Source of the DNA: Cladosporium halotolerans
Lineage: Eukaryota
NCBI RefSeq assembly: GCF_011745625.1
Contig: NW_027191475.1
Location: 186,001 to 250,000 of the forward strand
Direction: 5' to 3'
DNA: 64,000 nucleotides
The translations under genes were made by a program, and so were the position numbers. Positions 23,701-33,760 of the stretch are shown one piece after another (within the stretch, counting starts at the first letter, position 1; each line of letters opens with the position of its first letter). The notes under the pieces were generated by a model. That model made no database searches. It was given only the letters and a program-made list of their open reading frames with translations, and was not told the origin of the DNA.

Positions 23701-24983
23701 GCTGTTTGATGGGGCTTTTGGTGGGCGTTTGGTAGGGGGGTTTTGTGTGATTCTGGGCTGCTTGGGGGCTGGGGGTTGGGTTTTGGGAAGCGAGGTGTAG
23801 GTACGTAGGGTGGGCTGGTGGGCTTTTTGGGTGGAGGTGGAGTTGGGGAGGAAGATGGCGACTTCACTGAGCAATTGGACGTTGTCGACTTCGGCGATGT
23901 GGTTCGGAGATGCATGATAGTGGCCACCGGGCTTTTGGGAATGCGGGATTGAGGATGGGGAAGACACGGTCATTTATCATCCAGGTGTTAGTTCGATCGT
24001 GGATTGGTTACTTCCGTTTCGAATCCTTGAGATCGATTGCGACATGCAGTCTTCCTGGTCTGGACCCTGATGCACTGTCATGGACGTAGAGTGTTCCTTC
24101 GCTTGGACGAACGGAGCAAGCTCACGAAGACGTGATTGTTTGCGGGATACCTCGCCCACCGGGCATCGTGGTTGACCACAGGCTCTCTCAGAGTAGTGAT
24201 ATTAGTGGCAAGCCAGCATTAGCCCGAGCGGGCATGAAACATTGATAGCGATACTGCGATGAGATCACGACATATGCTCCTATCGTTGTGGTTTCGACCT
24301 CTCAGGATGGCAGGCAGCTTGATGAAGGACCGTCTGCAACGAGAACAGCCGAGGGGTTGCATGGCTGTGATGAGCCTCAGAACAATGTGAATGTTGCTGT
24401 GAGTATGTAACCAAACACCTTTATCTGGAAACAGTAGTCCTAGAAGTCACCGGGTTGACTGGCCCCAAGATATCAGTCTTTGGACATGGTGGCGGTGCAT
24501 ATAGCGAAGTCACTAGCATGATAAAGTAGATCTTGCAGGACACCTTCCTTTACTACCAGTAATCAATATACCAGATCACCATTCAGCAGAAACAACTCCT
24601 CCTACATCGCAACAACCATAGGTATTTGGATCAAGTCAAACGTCGATCAAAACGCTAGCAACGCAATTCTCAAATCGCAAGATCATCCATGCCCGGCTTC
24701 GCGTGCCGAGCGGCGGCTTGACGCTTGCGCTGACACGCGCGCGCCCGCATCCGCATCTTACGCAATACGGGCCCCTTTAGAACGAGCGCCGCAGCCTCGC
24801 CAGCATGTGAGCTTGTGTGCCAGGCATGGACTGTATCATCGCATTATCCTAGACCATATTATCGATACAAAATACATTGCCTTTCCTACGATTCCGCACC
24901 AGAATTACACAGCGTGACAGCGCCCTTCCCCGACCAACCTTATCGGCGGCGAATCTGGGCGAGCAACCCATCTGCCGCCAAAG

Positions 24984-25472
24984 ATGGGCGCCTTCACGGA
25001 CGTCGTAAAGGTACATAGATACACGACGCTTACCCTCTCTCCCCAAACCAAATCAACTAACACAAATCCCAATCAGATCCTCTTCCTCCCCGCCCTCATA
25101 GCATCAGCCCTCTACCTCCTCCTCGCCCACCTGCTCCTCCCCCTCCTGCGCGCCCACCGCTCGCGCTACGACCAATACCTGCCCGTCGGCGTGCGCGGGC
25201 GCGCCTCCGATTTCCTCACTCGGCTAACGGCGCGGCGGCACTCGAACGGTCGCTCGGGGCGCGATAGCTCGGATGGGGATCTTTTCGGCGACGAGGAGGG
25301 CGAGACGATGGTTGGGTTTGATTATCGGAGGAGGGAGAGGGAGGTGAGGGGCGGGAGGGTGGAGGATACGTGGAGTGATGGGCGGTTGAGCAGGGAGTTG
25401 GAGGAGGGGTTTAAGGATGATAGTGAGGATGAGGGGGAGGGGGAGGGGGATGAGAGGAGAGGGAGGGGTTAG
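24984..25472 (+). CDS. Small single-pass membrane protein of unknown function; join(24984..25010,25077..25472)
   Basis: Intron GTACAT..ACTAAC..TCAG (66 nt). Hydrophobic ILFLPALIASALYLLLAHLLLPLL followed by RYDQYLP and an acidic tail RLSRELEEGFKDDSEDE. Confidence 0.75.
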   Translation: MGAFTDVVKVHRYTTLTLSPQTKSTNTNPNQILFLPALIASALYLLLAHLLLPLLRAHRSRYDQYLPVGVRGRASDFLTRLTARRHSNGRSGRDSSDGDLFGDEEGETMVGFDYRRREREVRGGRVEDTWSDGRLSRELEEGFKDDSEDEGEGEGDERRGRG

Positions 25473-26534
25473 GGAAGAGAGTGAGGGTTGGATGGCTATG
25501 ATTGAACACTTAGAGTATAGCCTGTGCATGGCTGGCGTTTATTGGGGGTTTGGGAGAAGAGCGCTCGGGATATATCATGGAACATTACTCTGCAGCGTAG
25601 ATGCATACCAACATGCTCTTGCAAGCGTGACCAAGGGAGCCTGCGAAGTGCACGGAGCTATTATTGCGATGCAATAGCGCACCATGCGACTGCATTATTT
25701 GGGATCCTGCGACAGACGAGTCTCTTGTCTGTTACAGACCACGCCTGCGCGAGATATAAAGTGCAAATGAAAGTGCAAATGGTATCCTATCTTTGTACCC
25801 ATACTCAAGTCGACCATCGAATGTGACGATGCCCCAGACAATGCAATCCAGATCACGTCGTACAAGCAAAGTCCCCGAAGCCCATCTCTTCTGTTCCGTT
25901 GTACAATCGTCAATCATTGACGTGTGTTGTGTAATCATGAGGCTGATCGACTGGCTGCGATGGCGTCGACGACGGTGCAACCTCTGCGGTGATCGAGGTC
26001 ATATTGCCATATATCGAAACGTTGGAAGGCATTCGAGGAGGACCGAACCGCTCACTATGGTCGAGAGAATTGCGGTGAGTATAGAAGTGTCCATTGGAAG
26101 CGTCTACAAACCCATCGCGATCACTGTCATCGAAGCACTTCCGGGGGTCACGATGATGCGAAGGCATTAAAGTTGCACCGCGGCTGCAGCAGGCCAACAA
26201 GATCAAGTGGGGAGCGTCGGATCTGGACCGGCAGGTTGCAGCCCTGCGATTTGGCAGACGGTTCCGGCTGGCAGATGCGAAGATGTGAAGATCCTGTTCG
26301 GGAGTGCATCGACGGTGGCCCTCTCGAAGCAGCCAGAAAGCATGACCTCAGTCTGGCCGCATCGCGCCAGCGCTGCGAAAAGAGGGTCCAACCCCACACA
26401 GAATTCCTCACTACGTCATCGCTATGGGCGATGGAAAGACGATGTTCAGCAGCGCAGACGAGCAGGAAGGCGCGGAAAGCGAGTGAGTGAAGGCGGCGGT
26501 CGGCCTGTGAAGTGATCGAGGTGCGTCTCGCCGC

Positions 26535-26647
26535 TTCCACGTGATTCGCGCCGTCGCGTGCGTTTGCTGGACGCTTCTCGTTGCTGGGTGAAGGTGGTTG
26601 CTAGCGCTAGAATATGGCGGAATCCCGCAGAAGCCCCAGCAAAATTC
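26535..26647. promoter_or_regulatory. Phased heat-shock-element pentamers upstream of HSP70
   Basis: TTC at 26535, 26545, 26575, 26645 and GAA at 26590, 26610, 26620, 26630, all in the nGAAn/nTTCn 5-bp register. Confidence 0.7.
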
Positions 26648-26830
26648 GCCCTGCTTGTCATTCAAAAGAGCTCTCTGCACCACAGCTGACACTCTTCCAC
26701 CACTTCCTCACACAAACCCACCTCCTCTCCTTTGAGATACCCCTTTGCGCCTTTGAACTCATTGAATTGAGTCTTTACGAACTGCTTTTACGACACCCTC
26801 AAATCTCACACACTCGAACACATCACAACC

Positions 26831-27254
26831 ATGGCTCCCGCGATCGGTATTGACCTTGGTACCACGTACTCCTGCGTGGGTATCTTCCGTGATGACCGCA
26901 TCGAGATCATCGCCAACGACCAGGGCAACCGCACCACGCCCTCTTTCGTTGCCTTCACCGACACCGAGCGTCTGATCGGTGACTCCGCCAAGAACCAGGT
27001 CGCCATGAACCCTCACAACACCGTCTTCGACGCCAAGCGTCTCATTGGCCGCAAGTTCGCCGACGCCGAGGTTCAGGCCGACATGAAGCACTTCCCCTTC
27101 AAGGTCATCGAGAAGTCTGGCAAGCCCGTCTGCCAGGTCGAGTTCAAGGGCGAGACCAAGGACTTCACCCCCGAGGAGATCTCTTCCATGATCCTCACCA
27201 AGATGAGGGAGACTGCCGAGTCTTACCTCGGTGGCACCGTCAACAACGCTGTCA

Positions 27255-27288
<34 letters not shown>

Positions 27289-27847
27289 CCAGGCCACCAA
27301 GGACGCCGGTCTGATTGCTGGCCTCAACGTTCTCCGTATCATCAACGAGCCCACCGCTGCCGCCATTGCTTACGGCCTTGACAAGAAGCAGGAGGGCGAG
27401 AAGAACGTTCTCATCTTCGACCTTGGTGGTGGTACCTTCGATGTCTCTCTCCTCACCATTGAGGAGGGCATCTTCGAGGTCAAGTCCACTGCCGGCGACA
27501 CTCACCTCGGTGGTGAAGACTTCGACAACCGTCTCGTCAACCACTTCTGCAACGAGTTCAAGCGCAAGAACGGCGGCAAGGACCTCACCAAGAACGCCCG
27601 TGCCCTCCGTCGCCTGCGCACTGCTTGCGAGCGTGCGAAGCGCACCCTCTCTTCTTCCGCTCAGACCTCCATCGAGATCGACTCCCTCTACGAGGGTATC
27701 GACTACTACACCTCCATCACCCGTGCCCGTTTCGAGGAGCTCTGCCAGGACCTCTTCCGTGGCACCATGGAGCCCGTCGAGCGCACTCTCCGCGACGCCA
27801 AGATCGACAAGTCCTCTGTCCACGAGATCGTCCTTGTCGGTGGCTCT

Positions 27848-27883
<36 letters not shown>

Positions 27884-28765
27884 TTCTTCAACGGCAAGGA
27901 ACCCTGCAAGTCCATCAACCCCGACGAGGCCGTCGCCTACGGTGCCGCCGTCCAGGCCGCCATCCTGTCCGGTGACACCTCCAGCAAGTCCACCAACGAG
28001 ATCCTGCTCCTTGACGTCGCGCCTCTTTCCCTCGGTATCGAGACCGCTGGTGGTGTCATGACCGCCCTCATCAAGCGCAACACCACCATCCCCACCAAGA
28101 AGTCTGAGACCTTCTCTACCTTCTCCGACAACCAGCCCGGTGTGCTCATCCAGGTCTTTGAGGGTGAGCGTGCCCGCACTAAGGACAACAACCTGATGGG
28201 CAAGTTCGAGCTCTCTGGCATCCCGCCTGCGCCTCGTGGTGTCCCTCAGATCGAGGTCACCTTCGACCTTGACGCCAACGGCATCATGAACGTCTCCGCC
28301 CTCGAGAAGGGTACCGGCAAGACCAACAAGATTGTCATCACCAACGACAAGGGTCGCCTGTCCAAGGAGGAGATCGAGCGCATGCTTGCTGACGCCGAGA
28401 AGTACAAGGAGGAGGATGAGGCTGAGGCTGGCCGTATCCAGGCCAAGAACGGCCTCGAGTCCTACGCCTACTCCCTCAAGAACACCGCCTCTGACCCCAA
28501 GGTCGAGGAGAAGCTCTCCGCCGAGGACAAGACCACTCTCACCGAGGCCGTCGACAAGACCGTCTCCTGGATCGACGAGAACCAGACCGCTTCCAAGGAG
28601 GAGTACGAGTCTCAGCAGAAGGAGCTCGAGGGCATTGCCAACCCCATCATGATGCGTATCTACGGTGGCGAGGGCGGTGCTCCCGGTGGCATGCCCGGTG
28701 CCGCTCCCGGCGGTGCCCCTGGCGCCGGCGGCGACGACGGTCCCACCGTCGAGGAGGTCGACTAA
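26831..28765 (+). CDS. HSP70: Cytosolic Hsp70 chaperone (SSA-type)
   Basis: 644-aa intronless [36 protein letters not shown]-terminal GPTVEEVD; strong codon bias. Confidence 0.99.
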
Positions 28766-29152
28766 GCGACTCGCCTGTCGCCTCTGAACTGAGATTCCCG
28801 AGCTGCATGAGCAATAGGAGTTCGGGTTAGACTGGCTTTGGTCTCTTGCTTTTCCTTTTCCTTCCTCTTTTTTGAGTTGATCAAAAGATTCTCATGATGC
28901 GATGACCCGGTGGATCGAAAAGCATCCTGCTGTAATGTAGTTTGCCTCTTGCTTTTTAGGGAGGCTTTTCATCAAATGAAATAAATTTCGAATAACTTCT
29001 CGTGTCTCTTCTATTGTTCCACCTGCATCCTTGCCAATGAAACTTCTCAAATTACCCAATAATGTACCCTGTATTTCATCAACTCCCCTTGCAATACCTG
29101 TCACAACGCACGGCGCTCGTCACCTTCGCCAACCAAGATCATCATCAGCTCA

Positions 29153-29499
29153 CATCCTCGTGTCACACGCTCCAAGTTCTGCTCTCGTCCCGCGATTCCG
29201 TACCCAGCAGCACAAAAATTGCGCCAGCAGACATAAGGCATCTCGCAGTTCTTGCTCTCCTACATGGTGGTATCGACGACGTCCGACTCCTGAAATGTTG
29301 ACCTGCCGTTGAGAAGGACACACTTTCCGACGGCATCCTCGTGCCACACGCTCCAAGCACTACTCTCCTCCTGCATCTCTGTGCCCGGCAGCACAAACAT
29401 TTCGCCAGCAGAAATTGAGAGATCTCTCCGTTCCTGCTCTCCCACTTGGTGGTATCGACGACTCCCGACTGCTGAGATGTTGACCCGCCGTTGAGAAGG
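29153..29499. repeat. Diverged tandem duplication, 2 copies, period ~181 bp
   Basis: catcctcgtgYcacacgctccaag..cagcacaaa..gccagcaga..tggtggtatcgacgac..ccgact..atgttgaccYgccgttgagaagg at 29153-29317 and 29334-29499. Confidence 0.9.
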
Positions 29500-29634
29500 T
29501 CGCAACTGAGATACTGCTCGTGAGTTGGGAATGGCGGGGGAGGTAGGCTTGTTTTTGGCATGAGACCTTGGGATCAGACAGGGTAGTTGAAAGGTATCCG
29601 GTCATGGTCGCGAGGGTGTGATTTGCTCTGGTTT

Positions 29635-29664
29635 GGGTTGGGCTGGGTTGGGCTGGGTTGGGTT
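29635..29664 (+). repeat. (GGGYT)6 pentanucleotide repeat
   Basis: GGG runs at 29635, 29640, 29645, 29650, 29655 and 29660. Confidence 0.8.
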
Positions 29665-30337
29665 TGGTTGCCTTTGTGTCTTGCGTCCCGGTATTACGAG
29701 TATGTTTGACGTACTGGTGAGTAATAGAAGAGAAGAAGGGTCACAGAAATGGTATATTCATCGTTTGGAATGGCTATGGTGGCTGGCGTTGGCTGCCGGG
29801 TGAGGACAGATGTGTGTGCTCACGATGTCCTCACGGCAAACCTTGATAGATTGTGACGACTATGTTGAGCCTCCAGTCAGAGGACTTCGCAATCCATTGG
29901 TGGACGCTGTTATCTTAATTGAACATAAGGCGCGTCTTCCCGTCGTCCTCAAGAACGTTCTTGACAAGGTGGAATGGTCCAAATTCGAGCAATGCCTTAT
30001 TAGCTCATACCATTAGACATCGGGTAGACATTATTTACGTGCAAGCAGTGCTGATCAGATCTCAATGACTGTTTCGGATTTGTTGTAAGAGTAGGATGTC
30101 AAAAGCAATGTCGCCAAGTGCCAGGCATTTTTGACGCCAAAGTCGGAAGTGAGGTCTGCAAGCCTGCGAATCCTCGAAGTCTAGCCGAAGAACTTCACAA
30201 CACTGTACCTTCCCACTGTCTGCACGCAACCTAGCGGCGCATTGCAAATTGGCATCGCGTTACATCGCGACTTTGCTTTCAACAACCGCGCACCTCGCCG
30301 TTCATTGTTTCATACACATCGCGCATACCCAACGGCA

Positions 30338-30580
30338 ATGTCTCTCGACCTGCGCCCCCTAACACAATTCACCGGCAACGCCACAGTCCAAGCACAGATC
30401 CTACAGGAAATCGTCGAAGACCATGCGATTCGTGCAGAGATTCTGTGGGCAGCCGTAGTACTGATGCACTTTGCTCGCCTGCTCCCGCTGGATGCCATGC
30501 TGGTGCATGTGTTTGTGATGTTGTTGAGATGGACTGGGGAGAGGAGATTTGGCGAGGCCGGTACGTTTGTGGAGTTTTGA
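30338..30580 (+). CDS. Possible small hydrophobic hypothetical protein (80 aa)
   Basis: ATG in gcaATG context; MSLDLRPLTQFTGNATVQAQILQEIV..; hydrophobic C-terminal half; no recognisable family. Confidence 0.3.
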   Translation: MSLDLRPLTQFTGNATVQAQILQEIVEDHAIRAEILWAAVVLMHFARLLPLDAMLVHVFVMLLRWTGERRFGEAGTFVEF

Positions 30581-30936
30581 GAATGTTCGGAGGAATGTTG
30601 CAGGGATGATCTGACATCAAGCAGTGTCTTATGACGCTTTAGAGAGCTGGCTGGGCATTGACTGCGGCCTTGGGGTGAGAGACCTCTATGGATGAGTTCT
30701 GACACGAGTTGTGCATCTGCATAAAGGCGTTGCATGCGGTCTGCACAGCCGCACCTGGAGACTCCAGACGAGCCACAGCTTGCCCCACCACCAATCCCCA
30801 GGATGATGGCTTCACCGACAACATTGGCATCTTCAACTCACCAACACTCCAAAAACCCTCGACAAAACCACACACACCACAGCAGTTGTCCAACAACCCC
30901 ATCCGGTGCTCTGCACCGAGAAACCCACGACCCACA

Positions 30937-31611
30937 ATGTCCTCCTACCTCTCCAACCTCCTCACAAACACCACCTCCCGCTACGCCTCCCTCCGCCGCA
31001 CCCTCCTCAGCAACGAAGACGACGGCGACTCGCCCGACGACAGCCACATCTCGCGCGTCCTGCGCGCCTACTACACCGAGAAAGCCCGCCCCTACCCGCC
31101 CTGGCTCCCCCCCGACCCCAACGACCGCCGCGCCCAGACCCCGCAGCCCCCGCCCCTCCAGCAGCAGGGCAGCTACTACACCAGCGCCGGCGGCCGCAGC
31201 CAGTACCCCGCCGCGCAGCAGGGCATGGGCAACAGAGGCAGCTTGAACGATCTGTGGGATAGTCCAGCGCAGCCCGCGCAGCCCGCGGCGCCGCAGAGCT
31301 TGCGTGCCGGGAGGAGGCCCGGAGGGCCCAGGGCGGAGCCTGCTGCGGCGGCGTTTGCGGCTGCGGGACAGGGGAATCTGGCGCCGCCGGCGGCGAGGCC
31401 GCTGCCGAGCCAGAGGGCGGGGAGTTATCAGAGTTTCCAGTCGACGGGGAGCGGGAGGGTGGATCCGTCGCCGCCGCAGAGTAGTGGGAGTGCGGGAGGG
31501 GGAGGGGGGACGGCGCAGGAGAGGTTGAAGGCGAGGCTTTGGGGCGCGGCGAGGTCGGCGAGTCCGGGGCCTGGTGGGCAGGGAGGGGGCGGTGGGGGGT
31601 ATGCGCGGTGA
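30937..31611 (+). CDS. MSO1: Mso1-like Sec1-binding exocytosis protein
   Basis: N-terminal EDDGDSPDDSHISRVLRAYYTEKARPYPPWL matches the Mso1 Sec1-binding region; acaATG context. Confidence 0.8.
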   Translation: MSSYLSNLLTNTTSRYASLRRTLLSNEDDGDSPDDSHISRVLRAYYTEKARPYPPWLPPDPNDRRAQTPQPPPLQQQGSYYTSAGGRSQYPAAQQGMGNRGSLNDLWDSPAQPAQPAAPQSLRAGRRPGGPRAEPAAAAFAAAGQGNLAPPAARPLPSQRAGSYQSFQSTGSGRVDPSPPQSSGSAGGGGGTAQERLKARLWGAARSASPGPGGQGGGGGGYAR

Positions 31612-31993
31612 CAGGGAGGGAAGGAATTGGTGAAGCAATGGCCTGCGATTTGGTTGCGAGCGTGAGAGTCGCGTATAGGATGACGGAGCATGGTAGCACT
31701 GCCATGATGTTTATAGAGTGAGCCGAAGCTCTACGGAGACAACTCAAAGAAAGGTACGGCGAATGACGGATCAAAATGCGTTTGTCCAGTATGTAGGATA
31801 TAAAACATCTAGGACACAATGCTTCCCGGCAAAGAGGAAACCAAACCCAACCCGAACTCCCATCCCTATGCAGAACGTCCGTAGATCGTATGTACAAAAG
31901 CATCCAAGCGGTCTTGTGTGCGTGTCTGTACAGTCGCTTCATCGCGAAAAACCGAAAAGTGAAAACAAGCCCTCTCTTCATCTTCAAATCCGC

Positions 31994-33760
31994 TCATAAT
32001 TGACTATACCTTCCTCTCGCAGCCCCATCTCTCTGCCAGGCAAACAGCCCAGCCTGCCAACCCCTCCTCTTCCTCAAATACGTCCTCGCGCCCCACGCCA
32101 CAGCAGCGAGACCCGAAACCACGATCGCGAACACGAACAGCTTCCAGCTCCAGCTGCCGCCAGCCACACGCTCAGCAGGCTCCGACGTCCCAAGGACCTT
32201 CTTGTCCTTATCCTGCGCCACGACGCGGTACTCAGCCCAGCTCTCGCCCTTCGGCAGCGCGAACGCATCTTCAAAACCAGTCTTTTCCACTTCGTCGACA
32301 GCAGTCCATTCAGAATCCGGAGACTTGCGACCCTGCAATTCCCAGCTCCGCACCTTCGTCGCGCCATTCCAGCTCACGAACACTTTCCCGCCCTTCAGGC
32401 GCGCGCTCGGCGCCCAGCCGGGCTTGCCAACCCACTCGGACGTCTTGAAGACGCGGTAGGACTTCACGCGCTCCCACGCGAAGCTCTTGGACGCCGCCAG
32501 GTGCGCCTCGCACAGCAGGGTGCCGTCGGCGGCGAACTCGCTCCAGGCCGCCGACGAGCCCCAGCCGACGAAGACGTTGCCGCTCGGCAGGATCTCGACG
32601 GAGCCTTGGGAGGAGGACAGCGCGTGCTGGTAGCTGGCGAACGACTGCAGGAGCTCGGCGGTCATGGCGTTCGTGTCGAGGCGCACGATGCGCGCCGTGC
32701 TGTGCGTCGCGTCGACGTGCAGCGCGCCCGCCATGCCGTTGGCGAAGAAGGAGATCGTGTAGATGCCTTCTTCGCCACCGGGCGACGAGGGCAGGCTGAG
32801 CCAGCGCGCGTCGTGCTGCCAGCTGAAGTCTGTCGCGAGCCCGTCGCTGAGGTCGCGGAAGGAGTTGTGAAGGCCGCCGAGCTGCCAGAGGACGGAGCCG
32901 GATTTGCCGTCGACGAGGGAGATGGTGTGCGTGTGTCGTGAAGAGATCAGGTAGTTGCCGGACACGGGTTCTTTGTCGACGGAGTTGATGTGGAAGGAGT
33001 CGAAGGGCGCCGACTGCTTGTACCCGGCGAAAGGGTTGGTCATGTATGTTTCTGCTGGAGGGAAGTGGTCGCTCGCGCTCCACTCGAACAGCAGCTCGTT
33101 TGTTTCTAAGTCGATTTCCTGGAACATGGACTCCACCACCCACCCGTCCTTGCCACGCCAGTGGCCCATGTCCGTGAGGTCGGCCTGCTTCGCGGTGTAG
33201 ACGGTGATGAGAGCCGTGCCTTCGTCCGTGAGCTTGAACTCATGCAGGTCGCCGTGCAGTGTATCCCCGACCGCATCTATTTTCTTGAAGACGTTGTACG
33301 CGCTGTCCAGCATGTAGTATTGTCCCTGGCCCATAGTCCCAGCCTTTTGCCCCGCCCAGAACGTGAGGTATTTCTCGCCCTTGTACCATTGCAGGCGCAT
33401 GTTCAGCACCGTTCCGTACTCTTCTGTCGTCCACACCAGCCCTCCGCGCGCATCGTAGATGCTCGGGCCTGGGTGCGCTATCGAAGGTCCGTTGAGGGTG
33501 ACGAAGACGTTGCCGCTGTCGCACTGCTCGTCCCACTTGACGAGGTTCGGTTGTGAGGACGGGATGTCGAAGGAGACATATTCCTGTTCTGGGTACGCGC
33601 CGTAGACCGCGAGGTCGTAGAAGGGGACTTCAAGCGTCGGGATGAACCAGGCGAGGATGGGCAGGACGGTCTGGTGCACGATCAGGAGGAGGAGCGAGAG
33701 CGCTGCGACGCCGGCGAGGAAGATCAGGGCGATGCGCGTCTTCGGCCGCGACGCGAGCAT
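31994..33760 (-). CDS. Arylsulfotransferase (ASST)-domain membrane protein
   Basis: GPSIYDARGGLVW, DLHEFKLT, DSFHINSVDK, NYLISSRHTH, FSWQHDAR, SSSQGSV, FVSWNGAT; N- and C-terminal hydrophobic segments. Confidence 0.9.
   Translation of the reverse strand: MLASRPKTRIALIFLAGVAALSLLLLIVHQTVLPILAWFIPTLEVPFYDLAVYGAYPEQEYVSFDIPSSQPNLVKWDEQCDSGNVFVTLNGPSIAHPGPSIYDARGGLVWTTEEYGTVLNMRLQWYKGEKYLTFWAGQKAGTMGQGQYYMLDSAYNVFKKIDAVGDTLHGDLHEFKLTDEGTALITVYTAKQADLTDMGHWRGKDGWVVESMFQEIDLETNELLFEWSASDHFPPAETYMTNPFAGYKQSAPFDSFHINSVDKEPVSGNYLISSRHTHTISLVDGKSGSVLWQLGGLHNSFRDLSDGLATDFSWQHDARWLSLPSSPGGEEGIYTISFFANGMAGALHVDATHSTARIVRLDTNAMTAELLQSFASYQHALSSSQGSVEILPSGNVFVGWGSSAAWSEFAADGTLLCEAHLAASKSFAWERVKSYRVFKTSEWVGKPGWAPSARLKGGKVFVSWNGATKVRSWELQGRKSPDSEWTAVDEVEKTGFEDAFALPKGESWAEYRVVAQDKDKKVLGTSEPAERVAGGSWSWKLFVFAIVVSGLAAVAWGARTYLRKRRGWQAGLFAWQRDGAARGRYSQL

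Noticed and set aside
26759..27823. 354-aa antisense ORF opposite HSP70
   Set aside because: Long antisense frames opposite HSP70 are a known by-product of codon bias; no independent gene signals.
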